A stretch of DNA of 63,852 bases, the filler included, from Candidatus Coatesbacteria bacterium (GTDB taxonomy: Bacteria; JAFGND01): the NCBI GenBank assembly GCA_016927185.1. It is 4 parts of 4 records of this genome, joined end to end, with 100 filler letters (N's around TTAATTAATTAA, not from the genome) between each part and the next. Parts side by side here need not be neighbours in the genome. Positions count along the whole stretch, not along the records: positions 16,352 to 32,067 come from JAFGND010000102.1; 3 more parts are not named here. The stretch is one strand, 5' to 3'. Positions 19,258 through 28,340 of the stretch are shown here, piece by piece. The notes beneath the pieces were generated by a model, which saw nothing but the letters and a program-made list of their open reading frames with translations, was not told the DNA's origin and did not search any database. Both the position numbers and the translations under genes were made by a program. The first letter of the stretch is position 1, and each line of letters begins with the position of its first letter.

Positions 19258-19677
19258 ATGGCTAAAAAGAAAAAGGAAAAAGAGGATAATGTCGAAAAAG
19301 CAGAAGAATTCGACGAAGAAGTAGTTGAAAAAACAGCAAGCAAGGAAAAAGAACCAAGAGAAATATCATTAATCATTTTTGAAAGAAAGGAGAAAAAAAT
19401 GGGAAAAAAAGAGGTAGAATTAGAAGGCAAAGTTGATTTGAAACAAGCAATTTCATTTATGGAAGGTCTTTTGACAGGTTTGAAGGAAGGCACCATTTGT
19501 CTGGAAAAAGGTGACAATACGATAGTTCTTAAACCCATAAATGAAGTATTTATTGAGATAAAGGCTATTCAGAAAAAAGACAAAGAAAAATTATCTTTCG
19601 AATTGTGTTGGGTAAAAGAGATTGAAGAACCATTAGAAGAAGCAGTTGAACTGAAGATATTCTCAGCTGAACCTTAA
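19258..19677 (+). CDS. Second amphi-Trp domain protein, with charged N-terminal extension
   Basis: AISFMEGLLTGLKEGTI...LKP...EKLSFELCW. Confidence 0.8.
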   Translation: MAKKKKEKEDNVEKAEEFDEEVVEKTASKEKEPREISLIIFERKEKKMGKKEVELEGKVDLKQAISFMEGLLTGLKEGTICLEKGDNTIVLKPINEVFIEIKAIQKKDKEKLSFELCWVKEIEEPLEEAVELKIFSAEP

Positions 19678-19705
19678 AAACAACTTTTAATTGCCTTTCT
19701 ACTAT

Positions 19706-19747
19706 ACTAAGTCGCTTATCTGAAAGGGGAAGCGACTTAGTTTATTT
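19706..19747 (+). terminator. Terminator hairpin closing the GAK operon
   Basis: ACTAAGTCGCTT/AAGCGACTTAGT stem followed by a T-rich tract. Confidence 0.65.
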
Positions 19748-19820
19748 CATTTCTATTTTTATAATATAAAACCATTCTCTTCATGATTCATTGTTTGCTA
19801 TTTAATTGATTTCCACAATG

Positions 19821-19894
<74 letters not shown>

Positions 19895-19921
19895 ATTGAC
19901 AAAAAAACGCTGAATATTAAA

Positions 19922-19995
19922 TCGGGGAGAGAGGATTTGAACCTCCGGCATCATGGTCCCAAACCATGCGCGCTACCGGGCTGCGCCACTCCCCG
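19922..19995 (-). tRNA. tRNA-Pro(TGG)
   Basis: CGGGGAG/CTCCCCG acceptor stem, anticodon loop TTTGGGA, T-loop GGTTCAAATCC; CCA not encoded. Confidence 0.95.
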
Positions 19996-20017
19996 GTTTA
20001 ACTTATGGCAACCTTTA

Positions 20018-20905
20018 ATGAAAGGAAGGCATGTTTTGTCAAGAATATTTATTCTCCTGATTTTTCTTGTGCTTTGTTCATGCTCAAATGAGAAGCATAT
20101 AAAAGATACATTTTTTCTTATGAATACAGTAATAGAGGTTGATCTGGAAGGTATAAGCGAAAGCAAATGGGAGAAAATAAAAAGAGATTTTACGAAAAAT
20201 ACTGACAAGTTCGACTGGCACAAGAAAGGCGGGAAAAGTGCTGAATGGGATTCTCTCAGTATTATTGCAAGGAATTTCGAGAAACTTACTCAGGGCTGTT
20301 TCAATACAAGAATAAGACCGCTTGTCAAGCTCTGGACGCAAGCAAGGGAAAAAAACGATCTTCCCTCGAAAGATGCAATAAGACTCGCTCTTTCAAATCA
20401 TGATGAAGAAGATTTCGGGGGAATTGCGAAAGGATACTTGACTGATAAGCTTTATTTCGATATTATTAAGGCAGGAGTAAAAAAGGGTTATATAAATTCA
20501 GGTGGTCATATAAGAGTAATTGGTAACCAGAAACCTGGTATTGAAGGCTGGGAAATAGGGATAAGGCATCCTGACAGGAAGGACGAGATTTTCGAGAATA
20601 TAAAAATCAGCTCAAATCAGGCAATTGCAACATCAGGCGATTATGAGCGTTTTTTCATGTTCAATGGAAAAAGATATTGCCATATACTGGACCCTAAAAC
20701 TGGCTACCCACCTGTTCATTCAGTCAGAAGCGTGACTGTTGTAGCAGAGGATCTGACTACTGCTGATGCTCTTGCAACGGGCTTGTTTGTTGCAGGTCTG
20801 GAAGGGGCAAAAGACTGGTTTTACAATCTGCCAATGAAACTTGATGTTTACTGGATATATGAAAAAGAGGGGAAATTGAAATCTGAGCACTGGAGCAGGA
20901 ATTGA
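20018..20905 (+). CDS. apbE: FAD:protein FMN transferase (ApbE family lipoprotein)
   Basis: Lipobox LCSC, DFGGIAKGY, WEIGIRHP, ATSGDYER, HILDPKTGYP, ADALAT. Start moved downstream of the tRNAs. Confidence 0.9.
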   Translation: MKGRHVLSRIFILLIFLVLCSCSNEKHIKDTFFLMNTVIEVDLEGISESKWEKIKRDFTKNTDKFDWHKKGGKSAEWDSLSIIARNFEKLTQGCFNTRIRPLVKLWTQAREKNDLPSKDAIRLALSNHDEEDFGGIAKGYLTDKLYFDIIKAGVKKGYINSGGHIRVIGNQKPGIEGWEIGIRHPDRKDEIFENIKISSNQAIATSGDYERFFMFNGKRYCHILDPKTGYPPVHSVRSVTVVAEDLTTADALATGLFVAGLEGAKDWFYNLPMKLDVYWIYEKEGKLKSEHWSRN

Positions 20906-22587
20906 ACATACTGGGACTGACTGCATTCTGGCATGACAGTACTGCTGTTCTTGTACAGGATGGCAGGATTACTGCTGCTGCTGAAGAAGAGAGATTCACT
21001 AGGGACAAGCATGAAGCATCATTCCCTGTCAAGGCAGCAAGTTTCTGCTTGAAACAGGCTCAGGGAAAAATAGACAGGGTTGCATATTACAGGAATCCTT
21101 ACAGAAATCTCTTTCCCCAGTTCATGCAGGTTATCAAGAATCTTCCAAAGATACACAGGACAGTCAGGCATCAGAATTCCTGGATAAAGTACTGGTTCAA
21201 GACATTCTCGTTTGGCAGGCATGTCAGGGAGGATCTTGGTTTAAAGGATGTTCCAGTAGATTATATTGCCCATCCTCTTGCTCATGCAGCATCAGCATTC
21301 TATCCATCAGGATTTGACAGAGCACTCATATTCATTGCAGATGCGATCGGGGAAATGACAACAACATCACTTTTTCTCGGTGAGCATGGAAGGTTGGAAC
21401 TTGTATGGTCACTTGATTTCCCTCACAGCATGGGTGTTTTATATCAGACATTCTGTCAGTATCTTGGTTATGCCCAGCATCATGATGAATATAAAGTCAT
21501 GGGGCTTTCCGCATATGGCAGGGACAGATACCGGCATGTACTCGATACATTGTTGATTCCTCATGGTATTGACGGGTACAGACTGAACTTGAAGTATTTC
21601 CAGCATCCATGGGGTGAAAAACCCTATTATAATGGTGATTTCATAAAGCTTGTAGGTTTTCCTCCAAGAAGAAAGCATGAAAAAATAGACGAATGTCATG
21701 CTGATTTAGCATGCTCGCTTCAGGAAGCATTAGCAAGAACAGTCACTTCTTTCCTGAAGACAAGAGCGAAGAGGCACAAGATAGAACATCTCTGTATGGC
21801 TGGAGGGCTGGCTTTGAATAGTGTTCTGAACGGTCATCTTCTTGAAAGCGGCTTGTTCAAGGATATTTTCATACAGCCTGCCTCACATGATGCAGGTGCA
21901 TCTTATGGTGCAGCGCTTATTAGCGGTTTGAACAATGGAGTACAGCCTGACAGGGAAAGACTGACATCAGTTTCCCTTGGAGTGGAATATTCCAGCAAAT
22001 ATGTAGAGAATGCAGTCAAGGAATTCTCTAACAAGGTTCTGTTGCCTGAAGAGGGAAGATGGAAACCTGTATCCAGATTACTCAAGGAAGGAAAAATTGG
22101 TGGATGGTTTCAGGGAAGAGCAGAATTCGGTCCAAGGGCACTTGGCAACAGGTCCATAATTGCTGATCCTTCAAGTGTGAATGTAAGAGACAGGATAAAT
22201 GACATAATAAAGGAAAGAGAGTATTACAGACCACTTGCTCCTTCAATTCTCTCAAATCTTGCCCCGCTTTATTTTGATATTGAACCAGGTCAGGAATTTC
22301 CATTCATGCTTTTCATAGTGAAGGCAAAAGACAAGGCAAAGGCAGAAGTTCCAGCAGTCATTCATGTAGATGGGACTTCAAGGATACAGACTGTTCCGCT
22401 TTCAGATGATCCATGGTGTTCACTTCTTCTTGCATGTTATAATGAGGACAAAATCCCAATGCTTCTCAATACCTCATTCAACAGGAAATATGAACCAATA
22501 GTGAACTCCCCGGAAGATGCTTTGAAAACCTTTACTGAAACAGAACTGGACTTTCTTGTGATGAACAACTATCTGATCCTCAAGTAG
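20902..22587 (+). CDS. Carbamoyltransferase, NodU/CmcH family
   Basis: HDSTA...AAAEEERFTRDKH, HPLAHAASAF, EYKVMGL, EFGPRALGNRS, HVDGTSRIQTV, LNTSFN. Confidence 0.93.
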   Translation: MNILGLTAFWHDSTAVLVQDGRITAAAEEERFTRDKHEASFPVKAASFCLKQAQGKIDRVAYYRNPYRNLFPQFMQVIKNLPKIHRTVRHQNSWIKYWFKTFSFGRHVREDLGLKDVPVDYIAHPLAHAASAFYPSGFDRALIFIADAIGEMTTTSLFLGEHGRLELVWSLDFPHSMGVLYQTFCQYLGYAQHHDEYKVMGLSAYGRDRYRHVLDTLLIPHGIDGYRLNLKYFQHPWGEKPYYNGDFIKLVGFPPRRKHEKIDECHADLACSLQEALARTVTSFLKTRAKRHKIEHLCMAGGLALNSVLNGHLLESGLFKDIFIQPASHDAGASYGAALISGLNNGVQPDRERLTSVSLGVEYSSKYVENAVKEFSNKVLLPEEGRWKPVSRLLKEGKIGGWFQGRAEFGPRALGNRSIIADPSSVNVRDRINDIIKEREYYRPLAPSILSNLAPLYFDIEPGQEFPFMLFIVKAKDKAKAEVPAVIHVDGTSRIQTVPLSDDPWCSLLLACYNEDKIPMLLNTSFNRKYEPIVNSPEDALKTFTETELDFLVMNNYLILK

Positions 22588-22686
22588 GATTCATCTGGTT
22601 TTCTGGTAAATCCTTGTCAGTAAATTATTAGATTTCAACATCAATTGTATTGACAAATATTTTATCAATATGACTTTCTTTAAGTT

Positions 22687-24033
22687 GTGACAACAAGAAA
22701 AGAACCTTACTTCAAAAAGCTTCTTGATGAAGAGATTTTTCTTCACAAGTATGAAAAAAGGCAAAAGGCAGATATATGTCTTGTGTTTCCTGCTTCATAT
22801 AGTGTTGCAATGTCGTCACTTGGCTATATAGCAGTACATGATAAACTGATGCAGGAAGGCTTGCATACAGACAGGGCTTTTATTGATGAGAAACTTGGAC
22901 TATATGCAATTGAAAGCAGAAGACTGATTTCCACTTACAGATTCTTGTTTGTCTCCCTGTATTTGGAGGAGCATTTACTCTATTTCATTGAGATGCTCAG
23001 GAAATTGAATATTGAGCCATTATCAGAAAAGAGGGAAAGCCATTTCATTCTTGCAGGAGGACCATTGGTAGATCTGTTGCCAGGCATAATATCAAGGATA
23101 GCTGACGGGATTTACAAAGGACCTTTGACAGATGAAGGTATTGATGCAATTAGAGGTTTCTGTAAAAATCCAAAGAAAAACTTTGATTTCGAGAATTGCA
23201 ATGGAAGCAATAAAGTTGATGCATGCGGGAATGTCATTACTCCCAATTCACATTTTCCTGAAAAATTCCTTATTGAAATCCAGAAAGGCTGTCCACACGG
23301 ATGCAAGTTCTGCTCTGCAAGTCGCTCTTCACTGGGATTTATTGACAGGGATTTTTATCTCTTAAATGTGAAGCATGCCAGGAAGTTTACAGACAAGATT
23401 GGTCTGGTAGGCCTTGCACTTCATACTCATCCCTTGTGGAAAGAATTGCTGAAAGAAACAGTTGAACTTGGTTATTCAATCGGGACTTCCAGCTTGCGTT
23501 TTGACATGCTGGACAATGATATACTGGATCTATTGAAAAAGGGGAAAATGAAAACCGTATCTACTGGACTTGAAACTGGTTCAAGAAAACTTCTCGAAAT
23601 GACAGGCAAGGGATTTAACAGTGAGGATTTCCTGTCATTTGCAGAGAGACTGAAAAAGACAAACATGGAATCATTAAAACTTTATTTGATAATAGGTTTG
23701 CCTTTGGAAACTGAAGCAGATATTATTGAGACAGCGGAGCTTATGAATTCCTTTAACAGCATTTACAAAGGCAGGATTGAGATAAGCATTAATCCTATGG
23801 TTCCCAAGAGGAATAGTGTCTGGAAAGATGCGAGTTTCATAGAAAGGAGAGATTACAGAAAAAGGATTGACATACTCAAAACCAATATAAAGAACAAGAG
23901 GATAAGTTTCAACATTGAAAGCTACAGGTCTTCACAAGTTATGTACCTGCTAAATAAAATGCAGGATAATGAATTAGAAGATTTGTGCTATGACAAGGCT
24001 TTCTTCAGGAAGAAAGAAGGTAAATATGGCTAA
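22687..24033 (+). CDS. Radical SAM protein with B12-binding-like N-terminal region
   Basis: FPASYSVAMSSLG, EIQKGCPHGCKFC, SSLR, GLETGS, LYLIIGLP. Confidence 0.8.
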   Translation: MTTRKEPYFKKLLDEEIFLHKYEKRQKADICLVFPASYSVAMSSLGYIAVHDKLMQEGLHTDRAFIDEKLGLYAIESRRLISTYRFLFVSLYLEEHLLYFIEMLRKLNIEPLSEKRESHFILAGGPLVDLLPGIISRIADGIYKGPLTDEGIDAIRGFCKNPKKNFDFENCNGSNKVDACGNVITPNSHFPEKFLIEIQKGCPHGCKFCSASRSSLGFIDRDFYLLNVKHARKFTDKIGLVGLALHTHPLWKELLKETVELGYSIGTSSLRFDMLDNDILDLLKKGKMKTVSTGLETGSRKLLEMTGKGFNSEDFLSFAERLKKTNMESLKLYLIIGLPLETEADIIETAELMNSFNSIYKGRIEISINPMVPKRNSVWKDASFIERRDYRKRIDILKTNIKNKRISFNIESYRSSQVMYLLNKMQDNELEDLCYDKAFFRKKEGKYG

Positions 24034-24415
24034 GGCAATTCGAGTAGCAAGAGCTGAAAGCATTTTTCAGAGGGAGCTTTCAAATATTTTTCTTTTCAAA
24101 TCCAAGGATAACAGATTGAAAGATATAATAATAACATCAGTCAAGGTGTCAAAGGATCTCAAGATTGTGAAAGTCAAGTATATACTGCCCAAAGATACAG
24201 ACAGGCAGGAAGTAAGCAATGCTCTTGAGAGAGCAAAGGGTTATCTGAAATCGCATATTGCACAGAATATTTCGATAAGGGAAATTCCTGAGCTCTACTT
24301 CTATTATGATGAGGGACTGGATCATGCAGAAAAGATTAACCAGATAATAACAGATTACCGCAAAGAGCACCCACAAGACGATGAGGAGCAAGGAGATACT
24401 GAAACGAATGAGTGA
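24026..24415 (+). CDS. rbfA: Ribosome-binding factor A
   Basis: RVARAE...KDNRL..IIITSVKVSKDL...AKGYLKS...REIPELYFYYD; start at MAKAIR. Confidence 0.9.
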   Translation: MAKAIRVARAESIFQRELSNIFLFKSKDNRLKDIIITSVKVSKDLKIVKVKYILPKDTDRQEVSNALERAKGYLKSHIAQNISIREIPELYFYYDEGLDHAEKINQIITDYRKEHPQDDEEQGDTETNE

Positions 24416-25796
24416 CAAATTCAAGCTGCTCCTGATTTCAGTAATAGTAATGCTGGGATTCACTGTTGTTGGAATCAATGCACCACCATCAGGAGCTCAT
24501 GGCTGGAATGAAGCAAGATATCTTCTTGAATGGGAAGAGTTTTTCAGAAAGGATGCTTCGCTTAAGGAGTTCGTTGGTAACTATTACATAAATCATTTTC
24601 CCTTATTGCTTTATCTTACATATCCTCTGAAAAACTTGAATCATTTCACCTTGATTGCAGCATTGAGAGTTCTCATGCTTATATTTGGCATCCTAACCAT
24701 ATATATATTAATAAGTTATACCGAAGTAACTGAAATGTCGATTTTCAGGAAGCGGATTGCTGTATTCTCTTTACTGTCAATGCCTTACTTCCTTTATATA
24801 AGCAGAACAATTCAGCTTGAAGCACCTCAGACCATGCTTTTATTCCTCTATGTCTTTCTCATAACACTATGGGAAAAAAGGAATTACAAGGCTATATATA
24901 TTGTCTTGTCTCTTCTTTCTCTTCTTGCAGCAGTACTCATAAAATACAGTAGTATCTTTTTCATAATCTATTACTATCTATTGATTTATATGAGCAAGGA
25001 CAAGAGTAGAAAGTTATTATACTTTGTTCTCCCAGTCATCATGGTTATCATTCCATTCTCAGTTTACCTGATTTCCCTGTATAGTCATTATGGAGAAAAG
25101 GTATTCCTTGATACACTATTCGGTTATGCTTTTGGTGAGAGTGGAAAAGCTACTCCATCTGATTTGTTGAAAATATCATTCTATGGAAATACTGCATTCT
25201 GGTTGTTGTGGACATCATCACTTTTCATAATCTTCATTTTCTTAAAGAAAAGGGAATCAACATATTACAGAGATGAATATTTCCTCATAATCTTTCTTAT
25301 ATATTACCTGTTTTACCACAAGCACGATTATTATCTACAAATCGCATTACCCTTTATCGCTCTTGCAGTTGCAAGAAGGATAACAGAAAAGGGATTCTTC
25401 AAGATACTATGGCTGGTTTCTTTTAATCTTGGATTAATCATATACTTATACATTTTCTCATTCAACAATGTTGCAGGAGACAATTACTTGAGCTCAGCAA
25501 AAACAGCATCAATGTTTCTAGATGAGAATACAGTTCTTCTTGTAGACAGACCTCAGACATTGTATTGTTACAAGGTTTTGAATAATGGGACTTCAAAGGT
25601 TTTATACAAACCGAGATGGGATAAGTTCCCTGAGCATAAATTCATGATCGCAGTATTTCTTGAAAGATTTCATGACAAGAAAAACATAGAGAATTTGCTC
25701 AGTAAATTCCCGAAATCAAGAACCTTGTGCAGTACAGGTCAGGGAAAGCTGATTGTAGAAAAAGAGAAATTGCATATAATTTCCATTGAGAAGTAA
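24408..25796 (+). CDS. Polytopic membrane protein, GT-C (ArnT/PMT-like) glycosyltransferase candidate
   Basis: Many TM segments, WNEARY loop, HFPLL, LIKYS, HDYY; start at MSDKF. Confidence 0.6.
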   Translation: MSDKFKLLLISVIVMLGFTVVGINAPPSGAHGWNEARYLLEWEEFFRKDASLKEFVGNYYINHFPLLLYLTYPLKNLNHFTLIAALRVLMLIFGILTIYILISYTEVTEMSIFRKRIAVFSLLSMPYFLYISRTIQLEAPQTMLLFLYVFLITLWEKRNYKAIYIVLSLLSLLAAVLIKYSSIFFIIYYYLLIYMSKDKSRKLLYFVLPVIMVIIPFSVYLISLYSHYGEKVFLDTLFGYAFGESGKATPSDLLKISFYGNTAFWLLWTSSLFIIFIFLKKRESTYYRDEYFLIIFLIYYLFYHKHDYYLQIALPFIALAVARRITEKGFFKILWLVSFNLGLIIYLYIFSFNNVAGDNYLSSAKTASMFLDENTVLLVDRPQTLYCYKVLNNGTSKVLYKPRWDKFPEHKFMIAVFLERFHDKKNIENLLSKFPKSRTLCSTGQGKLIVEKEKLHIISIEK

Positions 25797-25818
25797 TTAT
25801 TCACAGGCATTCCCTTCC

Positions 25819-26050
25819 TTACCTTACCTTCACAACCCTTTTTGTTTCCTTCCCAGCTTTTATTATATAAACTCCCTCTCTCCAGCTGCTAGTATCAAGA
25901 GAATATTTTCCTTTATCAAGTCTTGTTATCATTTTTCCTGTTATGTCGTAAATGATTGCAGATGAAGGAATTAAGAGAGTCAATCTTTCTGAGAAGGGAT
26001 TGGGTGAAACACTGAATAATAATGGAATACTGGTTTTACAAGTTGCTTTT
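25819..26050 (-). pseudogene. Out-of-frame C-terminal sorting-like module of the 25980-27521 gene
   Basis: The -1 frame reads KATCKTSIPLLFSVSPNPFSERL...IYDITGK...DTSSWREGVYIIKAGKETKRVVKVR*, homologous to the paralog tails. Confidence 0.8.
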
Positions 26051-27521
26051 TAAAACCTGTTCTTCGTATCTCAAATTCTGCATTACTAACATCAGTTGGT
26101 TTGTTATATCCAGTATTTGTAATCCTGACAAGACACTGTTCTGATGGAGTATCAGGAATTGTCCATTTATAAGGACTCTGATTTGCTACTCTTTCAATTG
26201 ATATATAAGAACTGCCATTATCTGTAGAATATTCTATTTGAACACTATCTACATTTGTTGAGGAATTCCACATAATATCCTGAGTATCTCCAATATTCCA
26301 GACTTCTCCTCCATTAGGTGATGTTACTGTTAATGAACCAACATCAATTGTGAAATTGGCATCGCTGTTATCAGAGAGATTTCCCAAACAGTTGGTTAAT
26401 CTAATTCTTGCCTGATTAGCTGTTTCCATCCATGGTATTTTCCATTTGTATGTTCCATTCCCGCTTGATGGATCTTCACAAGTTGCTATTGAAACCCAGT
26501 TGGAACCAGCATCAGTTGAATAGAAGAGTTTTACGCTATCCATTGCAGTTGCATTCCAGGTTATGTTATTGTTTTCATTGCAATACCAGCTTTCTCCTCC
26601 GTTGGGTAATACTACTTGAACTGTTCCTGCTTGAAGAGCATAAAGATACCTATCATGACTTCCAACAAAAACAATCCCATCTGAAACACAAGGAGAAGAG
26701 TAAGTATTACCTGTCTGATATCTCCATTTAAGAGTTCCATCTGAGCTATTTATTGCATAAAGATAAGTATCCTGACTTCCAACATAAACAACTCCATCTG
26801 AAACACAAGGAGAAGACCAAACAGAATCACCTGTCTTATATCTCCATTTATAAATTCCATTGGAAGCACCATTTGCATAAAGACAATAATCATTACTTCC
26901 AAAATATACAGTTCTATCTGAGAGACAAGGAGAGGAGGAAATAATATCACTAGTATAGATTATCCATTTAAGAGTTCCAGTCGAGTAATTTATTGCATAA
27001 AAAAAATCATCCCAACTACCAACATAAACAACTCCATCTGAGACACAAGGTGAGGAGGAAATTTCACTATCTGTCTTATATTTCCATTTAAGATTTCCAT
27101 CAGAGCAGTTTATTGCATAAAGATAATTATCCTCACTTCCAACATAAACAACTCCATCTGAGAAACAAGGAGAGGAGGAAATATCACAACCCGTCTGATA
27201 TCTCCATTTAAGAGTTCCAGCTGAGCAATTTAGCGCATAAAGATAATCATCCCAACTTCCAACATAAACAACTCCATCTGAAACACAGGAAGATGACCAA
27301 ACTGCATCATCAGTCTTGAATCTCCATTTAAGAGATCCTGTTGAGCTATTTATTGCATAAAGATGATAATCAGAACTTCCAACATAAACAATTCCATCTG
27401 AAACACAAGGAGAAGAGTTAACACTTGACATTGTCTGATATCTCCATATCAAATCCCCGGGAGCTGAAAAAAGCAGAGATGATAATGCTACCAGAATTAT
27501 CATAATAAAAAGATTTTTCAT
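25980..27521 (-). CDS. Secreted PQQ-type beta-propeller repeat protein with two Ig-like PNGGE domains; C-terminal module continues in the -1 frame
   Basis: Signal peptide MKNLFIM (start 27521), seven 40-aa repeats WRY.T...SSPCVSDGVVYVGS.D.YLYA, then two PNGGE..YSTD.G domains. Confidence 0.9.
   Translation of the reverse strand: MKNLFIMIILVALSSLLFSAPGDLIWRYQTMSSVNSSPCVSDGIVYVGSSDYHLYAINSSTGSLKWRFKTDDAVWSSSCVSDGVVYVGSWDDYLYALNCSAGTLKWRYQTGCDISSSPCFSDGVVYVGSEDNYLYAINCSDGNLKWKYKTDSEISSSPCVSDGVVYVGSWDDFFYAINYSTGTLKWIIYTSDIISSSPCLSDRTVYFGSNDYCLYANGASNGIYKWRYKTGDSVWSSPCVSDGVVYVGSQDTYLYAINSSDGTLKWRYQTGNTYSSPCVSDGIVFVGSHDRYLYALQAGTVQVVLPNGGESWYCNENNNITWNATAMDSVKLFYSTDAGSNWVSIATCEDPSSGNGTYKWKIPWMETANQARIRLTNCLGNLSDNSDANFTIDVGSLTVTSPNGGEVWNIGDTQDIMWNSSTNVDSVQIEYSTDNGSSYISIERVANQSPYKWTIPDTPSEQCLVRITNTGYNKPTDVSNAEFEIRRTGFKKQLVKPVFHYYSVFHPIPSQKD
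26630..27460 (-). repeat. Intragenic tandem repeat, about 120-bp period, 7 units
   Basis: AACATAAACAACTCCATCTGA...AGGAGA and CTCCATTTAAGAG recur every 120 nt. Confidence 0.92.
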
Positions 27522-27535
27522 AATTCTCTCCTTCC

Positions 27536-28087
27536 TTAATTCACCTTCACAACCCTCTTGCATTCCTTCCCTGACTTCACTATATAAACTCCCTCTCTCC
27601 AGCTGGTTGTATTAATAGAGTGCTTGCCTTTATCTAGTTTCATTATCAGCTGACCAGTAAGGGAATAGACTGCTCCCGTTGAAAGAAGGGAAATCGTAAG
27701 TCTGTCAGTAAATGGATTTGGAGAGGCTGAGAAGGATTTGGCTGGAATATAAGAAGCTGATTTGTTATCCTTGAAATTACTATAACCGTAGGTTTCTATT
27801 GCATAGAGATATTTATCATTACTTCTAATATAAACGACTCCGTCTGAGACACAAGGAGAAGAGGAAACAGTACCACCAGTTTTATATCTCCATTTAAGAG
27901 TTCCATCTGAGCAGTTTATAGCATAAAGATTAGTATCAAAACTTCCAACATAAACAACTCCATCTGAAACACAAGGAGAGGAGTAAACCCAATCACCTGT
28001 TTGATATCTCCATATCAAATCCCCAGGTGCTGAAAAAAGAAGAGATGATAATGATAACAGAATTATTATTGATAGCAGATTTCTCAT
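27536..28087 (-). CDS. Short secreted protein with two PQQ-type repeats and a T9SS-like C-terminal module
   Basis: Signal peptide and N-terminus LSSLLFSAPGDLIWRYQT shared with the neighbouring gene; tail SPNPF...YSLTGQL...WREGVYIVK...KRVVKVN. Confidence 0.85.
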   Translation of the reverse strand: MRNLLSIIILLSLSSLLFSAPGDLIWRYQTGDWVYSSPCVSDGVVYVGSFDTNLYAINCSDGTLKWRYKTGGTVSSSPCVSDGVVYIRSNDKYLYAIETYGYSNFKDNKSASYIPAKSFSASPNPFTDRLTISLLSTGAVYSLTGQLIMKLDKGKHSINTTSWREGVYIVKSGKECKRVVKVN

Positions 28088-28340
28088 TTTAACCTCCTTT
28101 TTATAATCATGATCTTCCCTTTCATATATATTTCGCTCTAAAAATTGACAATATTAAATGTCAAGGGTTTTCAGAAGATAATAAGTAAATAATATCCTCA
28201 ATACTTCCTCATAAGTCAGTCTATTAGACTCTGGGGCTGGATTATTTAAGATAATCATTTTCATTGACAAAAAAAGATAAAATATTGCATTATGACATTC
28301 AAGAGAAACAACATAGCTATCAAATTAAGGAGGCTAGAAT

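Noticed and set aside
19706-19741. Hairpin sharing TAAGTCG...CGACTTA with the hairpin at 63767-63798 (possible REP-like element)
   Set aside because: Only two copies with different inner stems; both are adequately explained as terminators.
26630-27460. Regularly spaced repeats as a possible CRISPR array or DGR template
   Set aside because: The 120-bp units are in-frame coding repeats without unique spacers. No cas or reverse transcriptase gene is in the window, and I saw no clear adenine-only variation.
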